64,000 nucleotides of DNA. It comes from Heteronotia binoei. Its lineage: Eukaryota. Below, in pieces: positions 36,827 to 51,225 of the stretch. The position numbers and the translations under genes were made by a program. Under the pieces are notes generated by a model. The model was not told the DNA's origin and searched no databases. It was given only the letters and a program-made list of their open reading frames with translations. Position 1 is the stretch's first letter, and each line of letters starts with the position of its first letter. The stretch covers positions 87,544,001 through 87,608,000 of the forward strand of contig NC_083230.1 of assembly GCF_032191835.1 (NCBI RefSeq), written 5' to 3'.

Positions 36827-38434
36827 AAGAAACTTGGCTGTGAATGAAGATGTTCTTCCTCTTCTTCATTCGTCTACTGGCACCATCCTTTGTCTTGGGT
36901 TCCATTGGACAAAGGCTTAGGCAGTCTGACAGGATCTGCGTCTAAGATAAGCTTGATTGCCTTATGCATAGGTGACATCTGCTGAGTACGTGAGCCTCCC
37001 GCTTCGCTGTAATGGAGTCTGGCACTGCAGGAAGATAGCTGCTGGTGATGTTAGCCTTCCCATATGGATTCTATGGTCAAGGCTGGAAACTGCTTGCCTG
37101 GATAGTTCCTGGCGGCGCAACTTCTTCCGCTGCAACGGCCGAGATGGGAACACACGGAGCGACTGGAAACCCATCTGTTCTCCTGGTTAGCACTCTTCCA
37201 GAGATACGGAGTGCTGCTTCAATGTTGTGGCTGTTAGTACTCACATAAGTCCCTTACATTCTGGTAGACAAAACCCACGTTCTCCTGGCAGATGTGTGTG
37301 AGTTTCATCTCCAAGCACCCTGGCAACCAAGTGGGTGACTACAATGTTCTGAAATTAGGGGTCTTTTTCTCACAAGAGTCATGCTAATGCCAAGCTTTTC
37401 TGATTAATTTTGCTCCTCCCCCATTTATTCCCAGTCCAAATTCCAAGTCTGCACACATGGTTCCAGATTCTATGCCTAGGAGACCAATATAATCAATAAC
37501 ATTTCTGCAGATGCGTTTATTTTGCTTGCATATTTTAGTACATTGTGCACAATATTTTGGTATGGTTCTGAAAGCTCTGGATGAGTGAGGGGCAAAGAAG
37601 CATAAAGGGAGGTTGCACGACAATCCCTAATGCTGGGGTATATAAGAGATAGACAGTGATCCACTGGTGGCCAATTTCTGGAGCACCACCTAGCACCTGC
37701 TGGTGACTAGAAGTCTTGCCAAGAATGCTGGATTGTGGCTGGATTGTGACAACTCATTTTTTAATGTTCTTAAGCAAGTGTGCATCCTCGAGATCATTTA
37801 ACACAGATTAGTTACGCCTTAAGATAAATCCTGAAGATGAATTCTTGATTTATAAACTGAACACACAAATGTGGCTCTATTTTTTTTTTTTAAACCCACA
37901 AGCTTGAAAATAATGCCTCTTTGCTGTCTTCACTCTATTCTTCTCTGGAGTGATTATCCTGTTCTTTTCCCCCAGCTCAGAAATTTCACCTCTGCATATA
38001 TAAGGCATTTTTTTTTGTTAAATTTAGCTTTCTGGTATGTAAAGATAAGACTCAGCAGGAGGTGTTTATGTAGGACCGTCTCCTCCCAGGTGTCACCTGC
38101 TGGTGGTTTCTCCATTTAAGGTAGCTGTGATGAGTGGGCAGAGGTCCTGCCCCTTTCTGTCAGTACCCTGTTTGGGGTGTGGGTGTGTGCACAGAGTGGG
38201 TGACAACCAGTCAGGGTCCATGGATGGCTGAAGGAGTCAGATGGGATGGGAAGTGAAGAAGAAAAATCTGTTACACTCAGCTCTTTTCAGATAGGATTTA
38301 CATCTCCATAATGTTAGGTTGGAGAGCTGTATTTCAGGAAATTTTGTATATCTCAGAACCTGGCTGGAGAGTAAGCAAGCAAAAATAGTTCCAGGTAGGC
38401 AGCTGTGTTGGTCTAAAGCAGCAGAACCAAATTC

Positions 38435-38524
38435 GAGTCCAGTGGCACCTTTAAGACCAATGAAGTACATGTACATGGAAGCTCATACTTTGATTTTGTT
38501 GGTCTTAAAGGTGCCACGGGACTC
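38435..38524. repeat. Palindromic Penelope-like end remnant
   Basis: Arms gagtccagtggcacctttaagaccaa / ttggtcttaaaggtgccacgggactc. Confidence 0.6.
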
Positions 38525-38584
38525 AAGCAAAAACAGTGAAAGTTTTCAGATAGGGTTCATGTCTTTGGAGAAGCAGGTGGGAAG

Positions 38585-38784
38585 CAGGGGGTTTTCTGTA
38601 GAAAAAGCCCAGCAGGAACTCATTTACATATTAGGCTACACCCCGACATCACAATTGTTTTACACATGGCTTTTTCTGTTGAAAAATCCCAACAGGAACT
38701 CATTTGCATATTAGGTTGCACCCCCTGACACCAAGCCAGCCAGAACTGTGTTCCTGTGCTTTCCTGCTAAAAAAAAAAGTCCTG
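38585..38784. mobile_element. hAT MITE (octamer/CACCC-bearing family)
   Basis: Perfect TSD GTGGGAAG at 38577-38584 and 38785-38792. Confidence 0.9.
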
Positions 38785-39661
38785 GTGGGAAGAAATCCTT
38801 TCTCAGCAGACTTTGTATGCCTCAGAGCTTGGCTTTGGGGATCAAACAGGTTAATTTAAGTGACTACTTTTAAAGAGGAGTTTGTTCTGTTTCAGAGTCT
38901 GACTTTCAGGGGTAGCAAGTTTAGATACTGGAATTTCCAGAAGGAGCTGACACTTATCTCGTGAGACCCCTAAGGCTGGGGAAAGGCCAGAGATCCACCT
39001 CAGGAGCCAAAGCTTGGCTGATAGCTGCTCTCTGCACTTCTGCCTTGTTAACTGAAAAGTTATTGGTTTGTGAGTCTAGCAAATGCTCTGTGATACACTT
39101 GTATTTTGCTATTTAATATTTTGGTTTCAAGCCACTTTGAGGAAAGGCAGGATATAAATGTTTTATTAAAAACAAACAAGTAAGTAAATAAAAGTACATC
39201 CTTTCAAGTCTCTTTAATGAGCAACCTTTTTTAATCCATGAAGGTTAATAAAATATACCATTCTCCTCTGTTTACCTCCCACTGGAACTACAGCTTTCAG
39301 AAACTGCTCAGGGCCTGTCTAGGGTTGTCAAGTCCAGCTCAGAAAATACTTGGGGACTTTGGGGGTGGAGACAGGAGACTTTTCCATTCCCTAAAATAAA
39401 TAAAAATACAGCAGTGAAATTTCCCTGAATAGTCTTCGTTTCCTTGCCCCCAGCAGTTACTATTCCAGTAGATGAAAGTGAACACATATGAACAAAGCAG
39501 CCAAAATAAATAGAGTTTGCAAGCACAAACTTTTGTGATCTCACTGGGGCTTTATACACAGGAGCTGCTGTATTTCCAACCAACCTCAGACTCAGGCAAA
39601 TGAAAAGTGAGAGGTGGAGTTTCTACACCAACTGAAATCAATCCAAAACAAGCACAGACTG

Positions 39662-39703
<42 letters not shown>

Positions 39704-42246
39704 ATCACACAGTCACACATATGGCTCTTCTGCTGGCTCCTCCCAATGCAGCTTTCACTTCCAGCTCAAATTTAAAGGTGCACACACACATTTTAAAACA
39801 AAAGGTGTTTTCAGGCTTCTAAACCTCCAGAGATCTAAAGACACAAGGTAGCTGTGGGGATGGGGTTTTCCCTGCCAGCCAGCTGCTATTTGCAGGGTGG
39901 AGCCTGGAAAAATGGGGGTTCCCCCATTGAGACCAGGGATTGGGAAGCCTAGGCCTGTCTGTCCAGCAGAGGCAATAGTCCACACTGGTCAATTATACAG
40001 CAGAGGCCGCCTTATTTTAAATGGCATTTAAAATCCTGACCTTCCCAGTAGTCCACCTGACATCAACTGTGGCTGGTGCCTTCTCCATTTGTCACTTCCA
40101 TTTTGTGGAAAGGCTCCCTGAAGAGGTGAGGAGGCACTGCAAGGCCATGGTATCTGCCTGGGCTTTCCATTGATAGGGGGAGGTATTGGGGTTTTTCTTT
40201 TATTGCTTTTCATTGTGATGTCTTTGTTTATGATTTGTAAGTCACAAGAAAAGGTGGGATATGAATATTTCAATAAAATAAAAAAAATTAGCTCATGTAT
40301 GATGTTTGAGAAGCCTACCTTGTTCCCTCCTCTCCCCCACCATGCAGACTCATATTATGAACTCAGTTCCGATATATCCCAGATACAGTAGTGCTCAGAG
40401 AGCCCCATTTACATCTTGTAAATTGCTTTAAAGATTCAAGCTGCACTTTAAGTCCTCAGTTTTATCATCGTTGTGGATATTCCCTTTCCTGAAGAAGGCC
40501 TGTTTATCAATGCATGCGTGCTTTTCCTCAGCCAAAATGTGCTGCCAGTTTACACAATGGATTAGGAAAATCCAGGGAACATGAATTATTTTGGCTGCTC
40601 GGATGTCTGCTGTTTGGTATTCTAGTGCCTACAAAGTAAATGGATTTATCATGTTCCTAAGGGGTGTGGGGGGGGGGAGGGGAGATGCCCTTTGAAAAAT
40701 AGTGAGAGCTACCTTGACACTGTCTCTTTAATTATAAACTGTCGCTGCAGCAACATCATTTCGGATGGAGAAGGGACAGCCCGTGGCAGGAGTGGTGCAT
40801 ACTTGCAAAGTGACATCCTGCATCAGTGCGCATTGCGGGATGCCAGCAGCTCGTTAGGAAATTGTGCATTCCCACAGACCCAGAGGTACTTTGATTTCCA
40901 TAACTGTATTGTTTTCATCTTTTAATTATTGATAATGTTCTCAGTTGAACACAGACTTTAACAAAAATTAAGCACGCTGTTCCTGATTCTCAGCAAAGGA
41001 GTGCTGTTGCTGCATTAGCTGTGGTCTGTCTGGGCCCCTTTCCTCCCTCTTTGCCAAGGCAAAACAGATAAGGCTGCCATCCTAAGAACAGTTTCCTGGG
41101 AGTTAAGCCTCACTGAATAAAGTTGGATTTACTTTTGAGTAGACCTGCTTCCGCTTTCCTTCCTTAGGGTTTTTGTTTTTGCTAAAGAAGTATCATTAGG
41201 GTAGGCAGCCTGCAAAACAACATGGGATCCCTCAAAACAAGCACAGTCCAGCTAGGGCTGCCAACAAACCTGGAGAAAACCCCCCTGTCGTTTTAATAGA
41301 GGCTTAATACATGGAAATGGGCACATATTTCAGGGGATGGAGGTAAATAATATCACTTGATTAAATAACACCCCATAAAGCCTCTATTAAAGGAATGGGC
41401 CATTTTTCTCCAGGCCTGTTGATAACTTAAGTCCAATGACAATGCCATGTGTTTTGCCAGGTGTCCCCTGCACTTCTCCTCTCTGAAGTAGGCAGCAAAA
41501 ACAGGATTGAATCCGCAAATGTTCCACTATACGATGCAGACAGATCACATTCCCCTTGGTGAGATGTGTAGGCCTAGGCTAGCAGATGGCCACTCAAATT
41601 TGCACTTTAGCCCCCATAGAACTGGCCAGGAGCTTGTCTGTTTTTGTGCATACATGGCAGGAATTTGAAGGGGGTGGGAAAGCCACCCAGCCATAGGTCT
41701 ATGGTTGTGGTGCATTAGCAATGTGGATGACCAGCCATGGGCCCACAGTGCCATGATGCCAGTTTACGGGGTGCTGTCTGATGGACATTAACCACCCCAA
41801 ACTCACACAGCTTATTTAAAACCAAGATACAGCCGCAGCAACCTGCCTGTCTGACCACACTCTGCTTGCAGTCTCTCTCTCTCTCTCTCACACACACACT
41901 AAATAATGTATTCTCAATCCACTTTCATTACACTTTCCAACTGGATTTTACTGTATGAACTGGCAAAATCCACTTGGAAGTGCACTGAAAGTGGTTTGAA
42001 ACTGCATTATTTAGCATGTGTGATTGCAGCCTCTTTGTCACTTCTGGTTGCAACCAGTGGAAGAGTTGGAAGTGGGGACACAAAGGGTGTGTGTGATGTC
42101 AACAATGTCATTATGTACTCCCAAGGAACACAGTGCTCCTGGGTTGCTTGGCCTGGAAACCCTAGCCAGAGTTACACCTGTCTGAGCCCCTTGACATCAA
42201 TATACTTACAAGGGTACAACTCTGCATCACTCTAATTTCTAACCTC

Positions 42247-42753
42247 TAGGGTTGCCAATCCCCAGGTGGGGGCAGGGGATCCCCCGGTTTGGAGACCCTC
42301 CCCCCGCTTCAAGGTCGTCAGAAAGCGGGGGGGAGGGGAGGGAAATGTCTGCTGGGAACTCTCTTATTCCCTATGGAGATTTATTCCCATAGAAAATCAT
42401 GGAGAATTGATCTGCGGGTATCTGGGGCTCTGGGGGGGCATTTTTGGGGGTAGAGGCACCAAATTTTCAGTATAGCATCTAATGCCTCTCCCCAAAATAC
42501 CCCTCAAGTTTCAAAAAGATTGGACCAGGGGGTCCAATCCTATGAGCCCCAAAAGAAGGTGCCCCATCCTTCATTATTTCCTAGGGAAGGAAGGAATTGA
42601 AAAGGTGTGCCGTCCCTTTAAATGTGATGGCCAGAACTCCCTTTGGAGTTCAATTATGCTTGTCACAGCCTTGATCTGGGCTCCGCCCCTAATGTCTCCT
42701 GGCTCCACCCCCAAAGTCCCCAGATATTTCTTGAATTGGACTTGGCAACCCTA
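42247..42753. mobile_element. hAT MITE with TAGGGTTGCCA termini (Blackjack-like)
   Basis: TIR TAGGGTTGCCAA / TTGGCAACCCTA. Perfect 8-bp TSD CTAACCTC. Confidence 0.92.
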
Positions 42754-45700
42754 CTAACCTCCTCTGGCCAACAGGAGCTTTTGTGAGCCTCAATCTTGCC
42801 ATAGTTTATTAGCCCTACCCCTGCATGTGCTATGACTATTCAGACTTCTCTTTAACATTCTTGGCATCTTTTGGAAATCTGAACATATGCTTCAGAAATT
42901 GAACATTTATGGTAATAGAATTCTGGTGGCTCTTAAAATTATTGATATCATCCAAGCAAGGGGGAGAGGTTAAGCCCCTTTATGCCACTGTTTTAGCTTC
43001 TTCAATTATGCTGCTAAAAATAATTACATTTCATATATCCATATTCCACTCGTTTCCTTTCCCATGGTTCCAATAAACAGAAATTAGTAGCCATCCTTGA
43101 AAGTGGCCAGAATGGTAGATGATTACTAGAATTAATTTAGAGCTCATTTGCTGTCACTTCCTAAACAATGGGATCAATAAACCACCAACAGACAAGAGGC
43201 TACAAATTAACAAATACAGAAATAAGTGCTTAATTTTAAAAAGGAGGAGGAGGAGTTGGTTTTTATGACTTGATCTGTGGGGTTCAGAAACCCGCAGAAG
43301 CCACCCAAATTTGCAGGTGTCTATTTAATCCACGTGGGAGGTATTTTAGTGTGAGGTAAGGATGAGTGGGGCATGGGAGCCAGATGTGTGTGTGATTGCA
43401 CCTACTTAGTCCGGAGGGGAGGGGTGGCTATGCTGGGCCAAACTGCTTGTGTGATTGCACCTACAGTGATGTCAGTGGTGTTGTTTTTAATTTTTCTACC
43501 GCCACTGCTCCAATCTGTGGGATGCTTGACAATCCTAAACTCTGCTTCTTCTTTCAAGCAACTGCCCCTTCCTTGTTGACTTTTAGATGTCAGTTCTGGA
43601 TGGCATTTACTATCTGAAATGTACTTCTGGCTTGGTTTGTTTGTTTGGGCAGCATTATTAACACTTTTGATTTCTCAGTAGCTGTCTATTTTGTTATTGT
43701 ATGCTGACTTTTTCTGCATCATTGTTTTAATTTGATTTTGAGCTACCTTATGGAATACTTCATTCAAAAGGAACATCTAAATTTTGCAGACAATTGATCA
43801 ATAGCTTTTCTAACAACATTTACACAGTCAGATTGCACTATACATGGCAAAGGTGATCAAACAATGAAGTAGTTACTGTTGATCACTCAGGCTGAGTGAG
43901 AATTCTGTCTGGGAGTAGAGGATTCTCCATGATGCCACATATAAAATCTGGGATAGGTTTTTAAATCTATTCTAATTTTAATCAGGATTTGGAAAAATCC
44001 TGTGGATGCCTCCATAGAGATTGCGCAGTGGAAGAAAAGCAACCATCTCTCTCTTCTCCATCTCATTCTCTCCTTCTCTCCTGGCACCATCCCTCTGAGC
44101 TTTAGGCATCAGGTAGAAGTACTTCTTTTCTTCCCATTTCTTTTTCCTCCTCTGGTTTCATTGAATTGTTTGCCTGCCCCAGGCATACTGCTGAATTCAT
44201 ATTCATTTTCTGTTGTAATTATTTGGATTCTGTGATTTCTCTACAAGTCCAAAAAGAGGATGTAAATGTTTCTAAATACTCTTTTTCAGCTGCTGGGCTT
44301 ATGGTTCTAACATGGGTTTGTTTATCTTGCTCTTTCTTGCCCTGATTTTAATCTTAGCATGGAATTCAAAAATATAGCTGAAAGGTGAGCAAAGAAACTC
44401 CATGATGACCATTTTCTGGTTTCTTTTTTTCTTTTCACACGATGGTGTTGTGAGCCTTTTTTATCTGCACAAAGAGACTTGTCCAAGAGCTCCCCACTGA
44501 TTCAGCAACCACTGGAACTACAAAGCAAGCCCATGTCTTAAGCAGGCCCCTCAAAGATAAACCCTGTTCTACCTATAAACACAAACCACAATCAGGACTG
44601 AAGAGCCAGTATTGTGTAGCAGCTAGAGTTTGAGGCTAGGTAGGGTTGCCAGGCCCGCTCCAAGGGTGGGGATTCTCATACCCTGGGGCTCCTCCCCTCC
44701 ACTGATCAGCTGCCTGGTAGGAAGACTTACTGGCAGCCTAGGAGGCCTAGGCTGATGTGAGGCCTAGGCTGATGTCCCAGAAACTCAGTTATGTTACTTT
44801 TGGAGCACATTGGAAGTGACATTACCATGTTGCTGGCAATGCAAGATGCTCTGATATTGGGGCAAAAATTCTACGGTAAAAATGGCTTCCATCATAGAGT
44901 TTTTATCCTATGTTGTTGGTGACATGATGTCACTTGTGGTATGCATCGGAGGTGATGTTGCCATGCCGCTGGCAAAGCCAGACTAGACCTCTCTTTGCTG
45001 GCAATAAGTGTCCCCTCACCCCCTGTCAGTGGCCAGGGGGTATCTGGCAATCCCAGGGTTAGGACATGGGAGACCCAAGTTCAAATCCACATGCGGCCAC
45101 AGTTGATAGCTATATACATAGGTCTTCTGTGCAAAAATAACTGCTTATTACAAATTGCTGATTAACTGTATCTGCAAAGGAATTTGTTGCATGTCACTAA
45201 ATAACATTTCAGAATTAATTTAATCCTGATTGTTTTCATGCTGTCCATGATAGCAGTATGTGCAGCTGCACAGTACCACATGGTACCTGTGCTCTGCTTT
45301 GGGCAGAAGAGTTGCATTGCCAAGGAAACAGCCCTCAAATAAACTGTGCTACTTTTCTTAGCAAAAGAGCTAATCTGATTATTCCTAAAGATGATAATTG
45401 TTTTTTTATTTGCCAAAAATAAAAAACTGCTAATCCTGTACCGTAATTAACTGCTTTCGTTCATGCCAGGCCTTGGTGGAATAATCGCAATAAATAGCCA
45501 GAGTTTGATCGCAAAGGAAATAGATGACCACTAAGTGGTGCTATTGTCTGAGCATGAGCTGCCCAGATGGGGCAGGAAGTATTAAGACAAAGGAAGAACA
45601 CAATCATCTGATTTATTTTCTTGAGCTGAGAAACTTAGATTTTTCATTTAAAAAACCTATTAATCAGGACTGCTACTTTTTACCCCATTCAGGGATATAT

Positions 45701-46365
45701 AGTGCAACAGTATGCCATGGGAAAGCTAAGTGCCCCTTCCTAAATTTTCCAGAAACATTTTAATGAAAATAGTTTGTTGTTAACATTTTATGCTCCCAAA
45801 GTAATTGTTAAAACCAGACACTAAATAAAAAGGAGAGCAAGGAGATGCCTGGAAAGTTACCTTTTCTCCTTTTGCTGGTCCGTGAAGTTCCCCTCTTAGA
45901 ACGGCCAGGGTTATGGTATGAATCTAGCAATAAACACATACAAGGAAAGATAACGTAATTATCGCCATATAGTTTTGGGTACAGTTAGCCAACTGCCATT
46001 CACACAAGAGGGTGCGGTGGAAACACTTTTTGACACATTGGTGCTCTGAGTAATACTGCACGGGTAGTATTTACAAAAGCCATGTTGTTTCTAGATATGA
46101 GGAACCTTGCTCTTTCTGGAAAGTCTCCAGAAAGACTTGTCATAATTGTATGAAGAAGAAAGCCAGGGGTTGTCTCATGTGTGGCTGTGAACAAAAAGGG
46201 ATAAGCTAGGGTTGGTTGTCAGGTGTCTGGAGAAAAAAATGCCAAGCCCCTTCAACAGAAGCTTAATAGCATAAAATTTGCCAGGTGATGTTATTTACCT
46301 CCATTCCACTAAAAGCTTCAGCTGCCCAGTTGCACACGTTAAGCCTGTGGGGTAGGTGAAAGAGG

Positions 46366-46567
46366 TAGGGATACCAGCCTCCAGGTGGGACCTGGGGGTT
46401 TCCTGGAATGATTGCTCATCTCCAGACTACAGAGATCAGTTCTTCTGGAGAAAATGGATGATTTGGAGGGGGAAATCTGTGGCATTGTACCCCGCTGAGG
46501 TCACTGTCCTCCCCAGGCTCCACCCCCAAATCTCCAGGAGTTTCCCAGCCTGGATATGGCAACCCTA
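46366..46567. mobile_element. Short TAGGGTTGCCA-family MITE (relatives near 12525, 23730, 39316, 44641, 56740 and 58150)
   Basis: TAGGGATACCAG..GGCAACCCTA termini and shared interior ctggagaaaatgg. TSD not evident. Confidence 0.65.
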
Positions 46568-46754
46568 CTCCTTATCCCCTGACAGTGACCCCGGGGGGGG
46601 GGGAGAGGAAATCTGGTCTAAGGTCAGCCAGCCAGCCTCAGTAGCAAAGTGGAGTTTCCAAAATGAATCTTCCAGATTCCAGTTTGACATGCTGGTTTAA
46701 TGGAAGCTACACTCATATGCTGTGTTTGTGAGTGTCCAAGTAGACTTGCTTGAG

Positions 46755-47225
46755 TTGGAATGAAGCTGATAGGCAGTAGATTCAGGATGGACAAAAGGAA
46801 ATACTTCTTTGCACAGAGAGTGATTAAAATGTGGAATTTGCTGCTAGAGGATGTAATGGTGGCCACAGGAATAAACTGCTTTAAAGAGGGGTTAGATATA
46901 TCCATGGAGGTTAAGTCTATCTGTGGCTACTAGCCATGGCAATTGAAGGGACCCTCCAAGTTCAAATGCACTAAACCTTGGAATCCCAAAGCCAGGAGAC
47001 AACATCTGGGGAAGGTCTCCATCTCTATGCCCTGCTGTTGGCCCTCCAGAGGAACTGTTTGGCCCCTGTGTGAGACAGGTTGCTGGACTGGCCAGGCCAC
47101 TGGTTTCATCCAGCAGGGCTCTTCTTATGTTCTTATTCACAAACTAGGTGAGTGAATGACAGGGTGGCAAAGTTCAGTATTGGTAAGTGTAAGATGATGC
47201 ACATTGGTGCAAAAAATCCCAGGTC
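46755..47225 (+). mobile_element. 5'-truncated CR1 3' end plus a short CR1 RT fragment
   Basis: ggacaaaaggaaatacttctttgcacag..aaaatgtggaat matches the ORF2 end of the large CR1; tail cttcttatgttctta at about 47125; aagtgtaagatgatgcacattgg follows. Confidence 0.8.
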
Positions 47226-48403
47226 CCACCATGTTAAACAATTGTTTCACGAAATGTGGAGGGGAAAAGTACAACTGTGTCCATTTTCATGTGTCATGCT
47301 GGTGAGGGAAGAGGTCAAATTCAGCAGAGAGCCTTGATGGCACAGAATTTTCATGAACATCCCTGCATGGCACTAATCAGTCTTGCAGCTGCATGGTGCC
47401 GGAATGGAGACACAGGAGATACAAAGCCCCGAAGAGGAACCACACAGGGTTGCTGCTGCATTATCCATTTAATCCCTGGATTTTCTTCTGGGGAAGTGTC
47501 AACCTGTCAAAGTAGGTTAAAAACTACATTAAAAACCAGTGTGGCTCTTGTCGTTCTGTTTAGTTAAGAGAGGCATTTTCCAACCCCAAATCAGGATCAT
47601 CCTATAATACCTAATGAGGAATAATATTGGTCATTCTACCATTGATTATTTTTAAAACTTTGTCATCATGTACCACAAAGATGATGCTATAATACATCAA
47701 CTGCTGCGGAGGACTTAGCTGCTCAAACCTGCCATGTGAATGGTCTCTTCAGACTTGAGGAAGCATTGTGTATTCCATCCCAGGCACAAGGAGGGAATTT
47801 AGTACAGATGCAATCTCATCAAAACAAATAGGTTCCATCTCTGAGAAGTGCATAGTCCAGAATGTCTATTTTAATCACTAGCTTGTGTGTTTGTATTTTT
47901 TCTGAAAATCAAGCTAAAACACAACACATGTAAACCTGATTGCTCTTAAGTGGGAAGCTTTTTTAGCTTGGCTGTCAAAAGAAAAGCACTAGTTTCGGGA
48001 AGAGTGCAGACGTACCTACTTAGAGGAACTGGTGCACTGTTTCTGCTTGGTTGGGGGAGGGTGATTTCTGCTTCTCCCTGCTTTGTGTCTCTATTGATGC
48101 ATGGGCCCTGGCTCCAAATTCATTGCTGATTGTCTCTTTGTGATTAAATGTCTGTTTGGCGCATATTCTAAAACACATCATCTGTTAAAGACAAACAAAC
48201 AAACAAAAAAGCAAAAACTTGAAGCACTGCAAGGGAAAGCGTTTTCATGATTATCACAAAGGCACCAGCAATCAACGCTCAACCAATTTTATTAAGCTGT
48301 GGTGAGCTAGTAATGTGTCACAATTACAGAGTTGGACCAAGGCAGGAGAAATTTGAACTGAGAGATTCTACTGAGCCAGGAAGTTCGTCAGGTGACCAAT
48401 GGG

Positions 48404-48904
48404 TAGGCTTCCCAATCCCCAGGTCCCAGCGGGGGATCCCCTGGTTTTACAGGCTTCCCCCCGCCCCCAGCCAGCTGGCCGGAGGGGGAAGCCCCGCCCC
48501 CATCTATTATTCCCATAGGGAATAATAGGGAATTGATCTGCGGGTATCAGGGGCTCTGGGGGGGCTGTTTTTTGAGGTAGAGACACCAAATTTTCAGTAT
48601 AGCATCTAGTGCCTCTCCCCAAAATACCCTCCAAGTTTCAAAACGATTGAACCAGGGGGCCCAATGATATGAGCCCAAAAAGAAGGTACCCCTATTCTTC
48701 ATTATTTCCTATGGAAGGAGGGCATTTAAAAAAAGTGTGCTGTCCCTTTAAATGTGATGGCCAGAACTCCCTTGGAGTTCAATTATGCTTGTCACACCCT
48801 TGTTCCTGGCTCCACCCCCAATGTCTCCTGGCTCCACTCCCAAAGTCTCCTGGCTCCGCCCCCAAAGTCCCCAGATATTTCTTGGACTGGACTTGGCAAC
48901 CCTA
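48404..48904. mobile_element. hAT MITE, TAGGGTTGCCA family
   Basis: Homologous to 42247-42753. Perfect TSD CCAATGGG. Confidence 0.9.
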
Positions 48905-50469
48905 CCAATGGGCCAATTTCTGTCAGCCTCACCTACCTCTCAGCGTTGTTGTGAGAATAAACTGGACAGTAATAACCATGAACACTTGAGGAATGGCAGG
49001 ATAAAAATGAGACCAGAGGTGTATTTATGCACATGCTAAGTAAAAAGTATGTCAAGAAAACAACGTGATGGTAGGTTGGTAATGACTTGGTGCTTGTATA
49101 GGAGACTACCTTTACCGTTAAGTAAATGGCAGCTTAGGCCCTTGGATTATGACATTATTTAAAGTTCTTGTTATTACCACTTTTGGGTTAATGCTATGGA
49201 GTCTCTTAAACTTGAAAGTGTTTACAACTTTAGCATGTCTTGATGCATCCCTGAATGAGATATCTAAGCATAATATTTAAACTATTTATATTTTGTCTCT
49301 CCTCTCGAAGTAGCTAACAATAAATAAAACATGAACACTAAAAGACCACTAAACTGGCAATAAAACACTATCAGAAACATCAGCCAGAACTTACATGACA
49401 ATGGCTCAGTGTCTAATTACTGGAATAAACTTAAAACGGGAGAGCAAGAATTTTAACAATCACAGTAAGTTAAAATTGGGGAGGATGATTTTGCACTGAT
49501 TGGGCAATGCTTGTTGTGAAGCTGGATTCTAATTCTAATGACTGGAGCTCCAGTGTCTTGCGTAGCTCTTCAAACCCTTCTATGACCAGCAGAAGCAGAA
49601 TAAATTATGCAAAATAAGCAAATATACGTTTGCTTAGCATGTGTGAAGGATGCACATTTCAATTTTTGTGTTGTTGAATCTGGGTTAAGAGCAACAAATT
49701 TGGGAGTGCCATTAAGTTTAAGGGAGAAGGATATTAAGCTACCTGTGAGGCTGTGTACTTAAAGCAGGCTGCCAACTGTGTCTGGCAGAGGTGGTCTTAG
49801 ATAGAGATCTGAGGTCTTTCCATGTAAGATCATTCATTAAAAGGTGTCTTGACAAAAGTTTTTAGGAGGTGGTGGAAGGCTATGTTATTTGTCAGGGCTT
49901 CTATGGGATTTAAGGTCTTTTATGGGGGGAGAGGGGAGTTTATAACAAGTTATTGTATTTTGTATGTTTTAAATCTTGGAACTGTCAGCTGCCTTGAGCC
50001 ACAAAGGAAAGGCGGGGGACAAAATATTTTTGATAAATAGGCAATTAAATGAAAGTTGCTTACTGTCAATCCACAGGTTTTGACAGTAACGTTGGTTTGC
50101 ATATTTGATGTGTTTCTTCATAATAAATCTGTCCCTTTAAAAAGAACACGGTAAGAATTTTTAAGCTGCCATGCCTGTTACCCAAATACTAGAATATTGT
50201 TGAGAAAATTATTTGTTCCTAAATCGAAACTTAAAACATGTAGGCCCCATGAACATGCTATTTGCCGTACTAGGGGGCTGCACATCAGGAATTACATACA
50301 GGGAAGATGAAATCCCTGATGAGAATTGGGTCCCTGTGCTGCTAGGGCAATAGGTTCCCCACAGCTGTTATGTAGCTTCTGGGAATATGAGTTGGGAGAA
50401 CCCAGACCTTACTTGCCAAAAAAATAATGTCTTCTTTAAATCTAAGTAAGACCAGTTTTGCCCTGATTT

Positions 50470-51225
50470 GGATGTCCTAGGCTAGCCCAGTCTTGTCAAG
50501 ATATAGGAAGTGAAGCAGAATCAGTCTTGGTTTGTACTTGAATGGGAGACCACTGAGAAGTCCAGGCTTGCTATCCTAAGGCAGGCAATAGCAAAACCAC
50601 CTCTGTTCATCTCTTGCCTTGAAAACCTTATGGCGGGGGTGTCAAACATGCAGCCTGGGGGCCAAATTAGGCCCCCGAGCAACTGGCTGTCATCTGCTTC
50701 CTTCTTGCTCTCTCTTGCTTCCTTCTGCATCACAGCTTGCTTTGCCAGGCTTGCTCAATTGTACAGGAGCTAGAGCAAAGCCTCTGTTTTATCCATTGGC
50801 TGAGGCTCCTCCCTTGGGAAGGAAGGGGAGGGAAGGACAACTTGCTATGCCAGGCTCTCTCAATCACACAACAGAGCTACTGAGCCAAGCCTCTCTTCCT
50901 TCTGTTGGCTGAGGCTCCTCTCCCTTCTGGCCCCCTGGGGAAGGAAGGAAGGCAGAGCTTCCTTTGCCCAATTCCCTGGATCCCATAGGAGTGATACAAA
51001 GAAAGCACGTTTAAGATCATTGAGTGCTGATGTTTTAAGCATGTTTGTGTTTGTCTGTGTCCTTTATAAAGTTTATATCTCTGCTACCTGGCATTACATT
51101 TTATGACACACATGGTCCAGTCCAACAAGGTCTCATTTATGTCAGATCCATCCCTCATAACAAATGAGTCTGACACCCCTGCTTTATGGGGTTGCCACAA
51201 GTTGGCAGTGACATGACTGTCAAGC
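50470..51225 (+). mobile_element. 5S-derived SINE split by a hAT MITE
   Basis: 5S head and tail 50470-50633 resume at 51190 (ggttgccacaagttggcagtgacatgac). Confidence 0.75.
50634..51181. mobile_element. hAT (Charlie-like) MITE
   Basis: TIR CGGGGGTGTCAAAC / GTCTGACACCCCTG. TSD CCTTATGG / CTTTATGG (7/8). Confidence 0.88.

Noticed and set aside
42247-42753. Initial reading of GGGTTGCCA MITEs as TA-target (Tc1/mariner) elements
   Set aside because: TA is part of the TIR; three copies have perfect 8-bp TSDs outside it, indicating hAT.
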